Of a stretch of DNA of 64,000 nt, positions 1 to 7,137 are shown piece after piece. The stretch is from assembly GCA_934097085.1 (NCBI GenBank), contig CAKONK010000003.1, forward strand, positions 31,398 through 95,397, read 5' to 3'. Within the stretch, counting starts at the first letter, position 1; each line of letters begins with the position of its first letter. Both the position numbers and the translations under genes were made by a program. This stretch comes from an uncultured Bacilli bacterium (GTDB lineage: Bacteria; Bacillota_I; Bacilli_A; RF39; UBA660). Below the pieces are notes generated by a model. It searched no databases, had not been told where the DNA came from, and was given only the letters and a program-made list of their open reading frames with translations.

Positions 1-1196
1 ACAACTATAATAGTTGGTATTTTTTCCTTAACTGTTTCATTATAAATATTAATACTTTTAACACCTTTCGACATCAAAAAATCTACTCTTTTATCAATTT
101 CTGCACATACTTTTTGAATCACTGTTGAAAATTTTTCAGAACTAACAATAACGGGACATAGTAGATGTGGACAAAAGTTATAATCAAAATATTCAATAGA
201 TTTAGAATCATAAATAAGTAATTTTACCATCTTTGGGTCATAAAATAATAAAAATGATAGTATTGAATTAACATATGAAGATTTACCAGACATTATTTTT
301 CCATAAATTGAATAATATAAAACATCCTCAATATTTTCTAAAATTAATTTTTTACTATATTCTCCAATAGGAATCATAATACTAGAATTATTATTATTTA
401 TTTTTCGAATATATTTTTTTATTGTAGATTTTTTATTTTTAATTAAATCTAGTGTTGGATACTTATATTCATTACTTTTAATAGTTTCATTAGCAACAAC
501 ATCATCTGTCAATATATTATTATTATTTAGTTTCAAATCCTCAATGCTTTTAATAATGATGTCACTTTTTTCCAATTTTTTATTTGTACTATCAAAATCC
601 TTTTGATTTATATCAAACGTTTCTTTTGCATTATCAAAGTACTTTAAAAATATATCAAACGTTTCATTTGTTAAATACAAAACTATATTTTCTAAAACAA
701 TTATTTTATTTATAATTATACATTTTAAATTTTTATCGTAATTGATTTTTAAATTTTTGAAACTAATATAATCAACAGCTTCTTTTGAAAAAAATAATAA
801 TCCTTTAGGTAAACAATACATACAACAGCCATTTAATTTTATTTCATAAATTGATAAATTAAAATTAATATAATATGGTTTATGCTTTTTTACTGAGAAT
901 AAATAATTTTGGTTGTTTATTTCAATTTTTGATATACCTTTGAAATAAGCACAATCACTTTCAAATTTTTTTAAAACTTGATCATCATAATTTATTATAA
1001 TTTTAATTTTAAAAGCTAACAAAATAATTTTAATTATTAATCCAACTAAGAATAATAAACAAAAAATATTATTAAAATTACAAAAGATAATTAAACATAA
1101 TAGTATTGTTGCTATTTTATTCAAAACTCTATAAATACTTAAATATAACAATATTTTATTACTAAATTCAGTATTTTCATCTATTACAAATTTCAT
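1..1196 (-). CDS. FtsK/SpoIIIE-family ATPase, N-terminal 398 codons; the 3' part lies beyond the window start
   Basis: The - strand frame is open from ATG at 1196 (AAAGGA about 9 nt upstream) to position 1. It is missing from the ORF track because it has no in-window stop. My translation contains ...YYSIYGKIMSGKSSYVNSILSFLLFYDPKMVKLLIYDSKSIEYFDYNFCPHLLCPVIV...GVKSINIYNE...IPTIIV. This matches the FtsK motor pattern: Walker A GxxxxGKS, PHLLxPV, G-x-x-x-I-x-x-YN, P-x-IVV. The N-terminal ~250 aa have one hydrophobic segment and do not look like the 4-TM FtsK N-domain. Confidence 0.6.
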   Translation of the reverse strand, partial: MKFVIDENTEFSNKILLYLSIYRVLNKIATILLCLIIFCNFNNIFCLLFLVGLIIKIILLAFKIKIIINYDDQVLKKFESDCAYFKGISKIEINNQNYLFSVKKHKPYYINFNLSIYEIKLNGCCMYCLPKGLLFFSKEAVDYISFKNLKINYDKNLKCIIINKIIVLENIVLYLTNETFDIFLKYFDNAKETFDINQKDFDSTNKKLEKSDIIIKSIEDLKLNNNNILTDDVVANETIKSNEYKYPTLDLIKNKKSTIKKYIRKINNNNSSIMIPIGEYSKKLILENIEDVLYYSIYGKIMSGKSSYVNSILSFLLFYDPKMVKLLIYDSKSIEYFDYNFCPHLLCPVIVSSEKFSTVIQKVCAEIDKRVDFLMSKGVKSINIYNETVKEKIPTIIV

Positions 1197-1210
1197 AATA
1201 CTTTTTCCTT

Positions 1211-1801
1211 TTATTTCTTTTTGTACTTCTTTATAGCTTGATAACCACCCACTGCAAGCCCAACGGTTAAAAGACCTCCGATTATTTCTCCGTTTGAAGT
1301 TTCAGTTTCTGAAGGATAACTACATGACCCATCGTCTACTGTGGCATTTTTGTTATAATTTTCTGCTGAACTATCCATACATCCTTTTATATCATATTTG
1401 CAAGAGCCATCATCTTTATCAGCATCTTTGTTATAATTCTTTGAGTTACTATCTGTACAACCCAAAATATAGTATTCACAAGAGTTATCATCTTTTGTTG
1501 CATTTTCATTATAGTTTTTAGCTTCCTTATCCATACAACCAAGAATATCATATACACACGTTCCATTATTTATTGTTGCATTCGGATTATAATTACTTGC
1601 ACTTGAATCCGTACAACCATAAACATCAACCTTTTCTGGTGTACAAGTACATGTTGGACTTATAGTACCATCAGCACATATCTTTCTTCCATCTGAAGAG
1701 CAACCAGCTTCGCCTCCATGATGAGCACAACAACCTCTTTGAGCATAAACGCCAATAGGCATTAATAAAATAATTAATAATAAAATCTTTATATTTTTCA
1801 C
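1211..1801 (-). CDS. exported Cys-rich repeat protein with C-terminal membrane anchor; function unknown
   Basis: Signal peptide MKNIKILLLIILLMPIGVYA. CCAHHGGEAGC motif. Four 26-aa repeats of form GC(T/M)Dxx(A/S)xNYNxxAxxDDxSCxY. C-terminal hydrophobic GGLLTVGLAVGGY followed by KKYKKK. The stop lies 14 nt upstream of the FtsK-like start. Confidence 0.7.
   Translation of the reverse strand: MKNIKILLLIILLMPIGVYAQRGCCAHHGGEAGCSSDGRKICADGTISPTCTCTPEKVDVYGCTDSSASNYNPNATINNGTCVYDILGCMDKEAKNYNENATKDDNSCEYYILGCTDSNSKNYNKDADKDDGSCKYDIKGCMDSSAENYNKNATVDDGSCSYPSETETSNGEIIGGLLTVGLAVGGYQAIKKYKKK
1316..1618 (-). repeat. 4 tandem 78-nt (26-aa) coding repeats inside the Cys-rich protein gene
   Basis: Protein residues 62-162: GCTDSSASNYNPNATINNGTCVYDIL / GCMDKEAKNYNENATKDDNSCEYYIL / GCTDSNSKNYNKDADKDDGSCKYDIK / GCMDSSAENYNKNATVDDGSCSY. 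Confidence 0.8.
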
Positions 1802-1821
1802 TTCACAAACCTCATATTAAA

Positions 1822-2217
1822 TTACTTATATCTTTCCATAACATCTTTTGCAAGAGGTATATCTGCAGGAGCTAAATCATAATTTAATAAATCATTTATT
1901 TTTACCCAAGCATATTCTGAGTGTGCATGAAGTTTAAAGTTACCATCAATATATTCACATTCATATAATTTAAGTATTACATTACCATGTGGATAATTAA
2001 ACATGCTTTGTGATATAAAATCTTTTGCTTTAACTTTTACATCAAATTCTTCATAAATTTCTCTTTCTATAGCTATTTTCTCATCTTCATTTTCTTCGAC
2101 TTTACCACCAGGAAATTCCCATTTACCTTTTGCATCTTTATCCGTAGATCTTTTAGCAATTAATACTTTATTATCCTTAAAAATTAAAGCCCCTACTACA
2201 TTTATATCTTTACTCAT
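1822..2217 (-). CDS. NUDIX hydrolase (MutT-like)
   Basis: Nudix box GKWEFPGGKVEENEDEKIAIEREIYEEFDV (GX5EX7REUXEEXGU). Confidence 0.85.
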   Translation of the reverse strand: MSKDINVVGALIFKDNKVLIAKRSTDKDAKGKWEFPGGKVEENEDEKIAIEREIYEEFDVKVKAKDFISQSMFNYPHGNVILKLYECEYIDGNFKLHAHSEYAWVKINDLLNYDLAPADIPLAKDVMERYK

Positions 2218-2294
2218 ACAACACTACCTTTCGCTAATCCTATTATACTATATTTTCACTATTAAAAAAACTAAATGTTTCTTAACATTTAGCT

Positions 2295-2980
2295 TTATTT
2301 AACTTTCTTTATTAATAAATGGTAATGAAAAGATGAATATGTTTTACCATTTGATTCATAAAAATCTTCGATATGATTAATAAATTCAATTTTAAAATCT
2401 TTGAATAAAACTTTTATTAAATCATAATCTGCATAAAAATGTGGTGTTTTATACTCAGGACCTTCTTCCATTCTAAGTCTTGTATTTTCATCTACTAAAG
2501 GCCAAGAAGTTTGTTTAAATCCCCATGTAGATTTAGAACCAAGCGTTAAATAGCATTCTCCATTATCCTTTAAAACTCTATAAAGTTCTTTAATTATTTG
2601 TTTAACTCCTTCGGTATCTTGATGTGATATAACATTTCTACATAATATACAGTCAAAACTATTATCTTTATATGGTAAATGAATCATATCACCTTTTTTT
2701 AAATCTGCTTTTAGATAAAGAGAATCTAACCATTCTTTAGCTTTTTTAAACCATCTTCACTAATATCAAAGCCATAAGTTTCAAAGTCATTACTTGCAAA
2801 TAATACAGTATGTCTTCCTAACCCACAACCTAAATCTAGAAAAGATTTAAAGCCTAGTCCTTTCCACCTATCAAGTAAATAATATGACTCAATACTTGGT
2901 ATTTTCCATACACAGTTTGAATCGTCCTCTACCATTTTCCAATTCCATCCTTTAGATTTAATCATTACTTCCTCCTTCAA
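2295..2980 (-). pseudogene. class I SAM-dependent methyltransferase split by a frameshift at a homopolymer
   Basis: ORF 2726..2980 carries motif I (LDLGCGLGRHTVLF...FDISEDGLKKL). ORF 2295..2687 carries the rest (DMIHLPYKDNSFDCILCRNV...VLKDNGECYLTL). Shifting frame at the T6/A6 run 2742-2747 gives a continuous DISEDGLKKAKEWLDSLYLKADLKKGDMIHLPYKDNSFD. Confidence 0.7.
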
Positions 2981-3356
2981 TAATTTTATTTAAATCTTTA
3001 TTACTTTTAACACCATAATATAATTTGACATCTTCAATAACTTTTCCTATAAAATCATTATCATTAGTTTCTAATACTTTTTTCTTAGATAATTTTAAAT
3101 CTATCTTATCATCTCCTACCGCATATAATGTTTCTATTACATAAAACTCATCTTTTACCTCAATAAAATATAACATAACTTTAGTAAAATCCAAATCAAA
3201 ATTAGCAAAACTTAAAGCAATTCTCCATATAATTTCCCCATTACCATTTTTAATTGCATAATCAATTAATTTATCTAAATTTTCTTGTCCTATATTTTTA
3301 GGATGCTCTAAAGATAAACAACTTTTAAGCTCATTTAAAATAATTTCAAAATCCAT
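2958..3356 (-). CDS. hypothetical small helical protein, paralog A of a tandem pair
   Basis: Likely start is MDFEIILNELK (AAAGGA 8 nt upstream) rather than the ORF-track start at 3416. About two-thirds identical by eye to the 3612..4010 product. Confidence 0.6.
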   Translation of the reverse strand: MDFEIILNELKSCLSLEHPKNIGQENLDKLIDYAIKNGNGEIIWRIALSFANFDLDFTKVMLYFIEVKDEFYVIETLYAVGDDKIDLKLSKKKVLETNDNDFIGKVIEDVKLYYGVKSNKDLNKIIEGGSND

Positions 3357-3520
3357 ATATAATCCTTTCAAAGATAATACTCTGCATAAAAGTTCATGTA
3401 TAACCTTAGTATACAATACTAATTATTATAATGCAATTAAAAACTTACGCATTTTTCAAAATATAATTTTTGCCTAACTTATGCCAAAAAATAACTATTT
3501 CTATATAAAAACTGTCAAGC

Positions 3521-3543
3521 AAAAAAATCTCTTTCGAGATTTT
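3521..3543 (-). terminator. rho-independent terminator downstream of paralog B
   Basis: - strand AAATCTC-GAAA-GAGATTT followed by a T-run. Confidence 0.6.
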
Positions 3544-3611
3544 CAAATCTTTGTAATTTAGTTAAGTTATGTCCTTTTTATGTTTGAGTGGTAACTAAAT
3601 ATTAAATACAT

Positions 3612-4010
3612 TTAATTACTATAGAAATCTTCAATTATGCTTTTTAACTCTTTATTACTATCAACATCACAATAAGTTTTTATATTATCAACAACTTTTT
3701 TTATAAAATCTTTGTCATTTCTTTCCAATAATTTTTCTTTAACCAATTTTATATTAATTTTATTGCAATCGACTGCACTTATGGTTTCAGCAATGTAAAA
3801 TGAATCTTTTACTTTAATAAAATATAATACAATTTTAGTAAAATCTAAATCAAAGTCACTATAACTTAAAGCAATTCGCCATACTATTTCTTTACTACAA
3901 TTTTTTATCGCATAATCAATTAATTTATCTAAATTTTCTTGGCCAATATTTCTAGGATGTTCTAAAGATAAATTATTTTTAAGTTCATTTAAAATTACTT
4001 CATAATCCAT
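3612..4010 (-). CDS. hypothetical small helical protein, paralog B of a tandem pair
   Basis: Start MDYEVILNELK, with the same RBS context as paralog A. The upstream 130 bp (4071-4199) is also duplicated from 3417-3545. Confidence 0.6.
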   Translation of the reverse strand: MDYEVILNELKNNLSLEHPRNIGQENLDKLIDYAIKNCSKEIVWRIALSYSDFDLDFTKIVLYFIKVKDSFYIAETISAVDCNKINIKLVKEKLLERNDKDFIKKVVDNIKTYCDVDSNKELKSIIEDFYSN

Positions 4011-4174
4011 ATATAATCCTTTCAAAAATAATGTTCTGTATAAAGGTTCATGTATAACCTTAGTATACAATACAAATTATTATAATGCAATTCAAAACTT
4101 ACGCATTTTTTTAAAATTAATATTTACCTAACTTATGCCAATAAATAACTATTTTTATATAAAAACTGTCAAAC

Positions 4175-4197
4175 AAAAAAATCTCTTTCGAGATTTT
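4175..4197 (-). terminator. rho-independent terminator directly after the CotD-like gene
   Basis: - strand AAAATCTC-GAAA-GAGATTTT followed by TTTTTTG. Near-identical copy of the 3521-3543 hairpin. Confidence 0.65.
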
Positions 4198-4199
4198 AA

Positions 4200-4451
4200 T
4201 TAGCATCTTCTATCATAAATATTTTCTACAACATTTTCTTCACAACACGTATTACATGGAGTAAAAGTATGTTTATAAATATGATGATTAATTATTCTAG
4301 TATTGCAAGGTTTAATATGAGGTACTTCATAGCAAATATATCTATGACACACCCTTTCCTCTGGGCACTCATAAACTGGTTCACACGTACATCCCATCAT
4401 ATTTTCTACTTTACCCATATCTTCCATAGCAGGTCTTTTATCACAATTCAT
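4200..4451 (-). CDS. Cys/His-rich small protein resembling spore coat protein CotD
   Basis: VCHRYICYEVPHIKPCNTRIINHHIYKHTFTPCNT resembles the CotD pattern VPHIHPxHTTxVNHHxxKHxxxxP as I recall it. In B. subtilis cotD lies near gpsB/rnpB, as it does here. Confidence 0.5.
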   Translation of the reverse strand: MNCDKRPAMEDMGKVENMMGCTCEPVYECPEERVCHRYICYEVPHIKPCNTRIINHHIYKHTFTPCNTCCEENVVENIYDRRC

Positions 4452-4551
4452 AATAGGTAATTCCTCCTTTTACATTATACTATTCGAAAAAATTATACAT
4501 GTATGGGCTTTTTATATATATCAAAGCATAAAAAAATGATGCCTTGCACCA

Positions 4552-5160
4552 TTATTTTGATTTTTTATCATTTTTAGGAATAACAAATTCTCTAGTATTA
4601 TAATAATATTGACATCCACTTATTACACTGAATATTGTTGCTACAATTAAGCATATTTTTGCAAGTGGGAAGTGAAAAAACTCACAAGGAAAATTACTAA
4701 AGAAAGTTAGTGTTAATCCAACCATCATAAAGGCAGTTTTAATTTTTCCCATTGAGGAAGCCGCTACTACTTTACCTTTATTTCCAGAAATCATTTTACA
4801 AGTATCAGTAATAATATCACGAGTAATAATAACAACTGGTACTACCAAAGGAATCACTCTATCATATGCAAGAATAATAAGTACACCATTTACTAAGATT
4901 TTATCAGCAATAGCATCAGCCATCTTACCAAAATCAGTAACCATATTATATTTTCTTGCTATATGTCCATCAAGTTTATCTGTAAGTGAAGCAATTAAAA
5001 ATAAAGTTCCTGCAATAATATATTTTAAATTAAATGTAACTCCATGATATAAATATACTGGCCATGAAAAGCCTAAAGCATGCCATGGTATACATAACAT
5101 AATAAGTATAATAAATGCTAAAACAATTCTTGAAATTGTAAGTTTATTTGGTAAATTCAT
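4552..5160 (-). CDS. pgsA: CDP-diacylglycerol--glycerol-3-phosphate 3-phosphatidyltransferase
   Basis: CDP-alcohol phosphatidyltransferase motif DKLDGHIARKYNMVTDFGKMADAIADK. Multi-TM protein. Confidence 0.9.
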   Translation of the reverse strand: MNLPNKLTISRIVLAFIILIMLCIPWHALGFSWPVYLYHGVTFNLKYIIAGTLFLIASLTDKLDGHIARKYNMVTDFGKMADAIADKILVNGVLIILAYDRVIPLVVPVVIITRDIITDTCKMISGNKGKVVAASSMGKIKTAFMMVGLTLTFFSNFPCEFFHFPLAKICLIVATIFSVISGCQYYYNTREFVIPKNDKKSK

Positions 5161-5163
5161 TTC

Positions 5164-5631
5164 CTACTCCTTATAACTTATCTCACTAGCAACTCTAGTG
5201 TTAACAGTAATTTGTTTTACAGCCCAGAAAACTGCAAAAACTGCTAAAATAACAATTAATACATATACAAGTACATATAAAACATTATTTGGTTTCTTTT
5301 CATGTCTTGTATATGGTGAAAATACTTTTTCTTCATTACCTTTAGTATTTTCCTCGATTTCCTTTTCAATATCTTTTACAGGTATTTTTGATGTTGTTTC
5401 AAAAACATATTCATTAAACTCATCTACTATTTTATCAGCATCAAGTCCCAAATATTTAGCATAATTACTAATATATTTTTTTAATGCAAATATGTCTTGA
5501 AATGCACCAGTTTTACCATCTTCGATATTTTCAAGAATTACTTTTTCAAGATTAAGATCACTACTTACTTCCTCAAGGGAAAGACCAGCAGCCTCTCTAG
5601 TATCTAGAAAAAGACTTCCAATATCTTTCAA
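5164..5631 (-). CDS. RodZ-like HTH membrane protein
   Basis: HTH (AAGLSLEEVSSDLNLEKVILENIEDGK) plus one TM segment. It precedes pgsA as ymfM/rodZ does in Bacillus. Start is reassigned to TTG at 5631 (AAGGAGAG 7 nt upstream), because the ORF-track N-terminal extension overlaps rnpB. Confidence 0.7.
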   Translation of the reverse strand: MKDIGSLFLDTREAAGLSLEEVSSDLNLEKVILENIEDGKTGAFQDIFALKKYISNYAKYLGLDADKIVDEFNEYVFETTSKIPVKDIEKEIEENTKGNEEKVFSPYTRHEKKPNNVLYVLVYVLIVILAVFAVFWAVKQITVNTRVASEISYKE

Positions 5632-5659
5632 ACTAAATCTCTCCTTAATTAAAAAATAA

Positions 5660-6012
5660 AAATAATATCTTAATAAGCCATGTTCTGTACCATTACTGGT
5701 GACAAACATTTATCTATGTACAAAGTACATCCAGTCTTAGGTTCGTTTTCCCTTGACCAGCTCCCCTACCAAAATTTGGGTTTCTCACTCGCGGGGTTTA
5801 CCACGTTCCACTTCTTTTATTTCTAAAAGACTCGTCTCTTTGGCACTTTTATACCTAATCATTTCATTTTCAGAAATTTTCGGAGCCGTTAGCATATGCT
5901 ACCTTAAGTTATTTATTCCTTAAGCACGAACATATTATCCATCACAGGATAAGTGAGCATGGACTTTCCTCAATAAAACTAAAAGTCTTACAGCGTTTGT
6001 CTAAAGATATTA
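5660..6012 (-). ncRNA. rnpB: RNase P RNA, type B
   Basis: - strand contains three conserved elements: GAGGAAAGTCCATGCTC; GTGGAACGTGGTAAACCCCGCGAGTGAGAAACCCAAATTTTGGTAGGGGA (near-identical to the B. subtilis rnpB core as I recall it); and ACAGAACATGGCTTA. The ends pair (AATATCTT / AAGATATT). Ends are approximate. Confidence 0.9.
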
Positions 6013-6336
6013 TTCATTTCTTCCATAAACAATTTTTTCTAAGTTACTTATTCTTTTTAATAAATCAATGTTAGTAACTTGTTTGTTAGAACTATCTTCT
6101 TGCGTTTCAAGTTTTTCTTTTAACGCACGAATTTCTTGTTTAAGTGTATAATTATCAGATGTTAAATCATTAATTTGACCTTTAAGATTCTTAATAATAT
6201 TATTATACTCAGTATAATCTCTTATGATCATATCAAGATATTTATCAACCTCTTGAGGCCTATATCCTCTTGCATCAATTTTGAAATCATGCTCTAGTAT
6301 CTCCCCTGGTGTTAAATAAATCTTTTCATTATACAT
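6010..6336 (-). CDS. gpsB: cell-cycle protein GpsB (DivIVA-domain)
   Basis: HDFKIDARGYRPQEVDKYLDMIIRDYTEY plus a C-terminal coiled coil. Start is MYNEK (GGAAGGTG RBS). Confidence 0.85.
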   Translation of the reverse strand: MYNEKIYLTPGEILEHDFKIDARGYRPQEVDKYLDMIIRDYTEYNNIIKNLKGQINDLTSDNYTLKQEIRALKEKLETQEDSSNKQVTNIDLLKRISNLEKIVYGRNE

Positions 6337-6358
6337 TTTTACACCTTCCAACATAAAA

Positions 6359-6388
6359 ATTATAGCAAATTTATTACTTATTTGTCAA
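6359..6388 (-). promoter_or_regulatory. sigma-A type promoter for gpsB
   Basis: - strand TTGACA, 18 nt, TATAAT. Confidence 0.6.
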
Positions 6389-6585
6389 TATCCGTAAGGC
6401 TTTCATATTTTATCAAAAGTTTAGCATAATTAGTATCATCAATTAATTTACTTATAATAAAATCTATATCCATTAGTATCACCATTATTATAATATGATA
6501 AAAGAAAAATGTTATCAACAACTTCGACAAAACATGTCATTTATTTTATAAAAAAAGTATGCTATAATTAAAATGGTGAATATAA

Positions 6586-7137
6586 ATGAATTATCCAGGG
6601 ACAATTAAAAAGACCTATAAAAAACAAATTAATTATGGCAACCGTGGTATGGATTTAGAAAATTTTATTAACCAAACCAACGAGTACTACTTAGAAAAGG
6701 ATATTGCAGTAATCTATAAAAAACCTACACCTATTCAAGTAGTAAAATATAATTATGATAACAAAAGAATAACTGATGCCTTTTATTTAACTCAATCTAC
6801 CTTAGATTATAATGGAGTTTATAAAGGTTACTACATAGAATTTGATGCTAAAAATACTAATAAAAATTTTTTACCACTTAATAATATAGCAGAGCATCAA
6901 ATTAAACATATGAAAAATATTGTAAAACACAAAGGAATATGCTTTTTACTTATTGCAATTAATAGTGAATATTATGCTTTACCAGCAAAAAAGATATTTA
7001 ATTTTATTGATAAAAAAGAAAGAAAAAGTATTCCCTATGATTTTATAAAAGAAAATGGTTATAAACTTGATTATAATTATTTAAAAGGAATAGATTATAT
7101 AAAAGCCGTTGATTTAATGATAAAGGAGAATGTATGA
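6586..7137 (+). CDS. recU: Holliday junction resolvase RecU
   Basis: NYGNRGMDLENFINQTNEYYLEKDIAVIYKKPTPIQVV. ATGA overlap with ponA, as in Bacillus. Confidence 0.9.
   Translation: MNYPGTIKKTYKKQINYGNRGMDLENFINQTNEYYLEKDIAVIYKKPTPIQVVKYNYDNKRITDAFYLTQSTLDYNGVYKGYYIEFDAKNTNKNFLPLNNIAEHQIKHMKNIVKHKGICFLLIAINSEYYALPAKKIFNFIDKKERKSIPYDFIKENGYKLDYNYLKGIDYIKAVDLMIKENV

Noticed and set aside
5632-5709. N-terminal extension of ORF 5164..5709 (MFVTSNGTEHGLLRYYFYFLIKERFS)
   Set aside because: It overlaps the 3' part of RNase P RNA. A TTG start at 5631 with an AAGGAGAG RBS gives a RodZ-like N-terminus instead.
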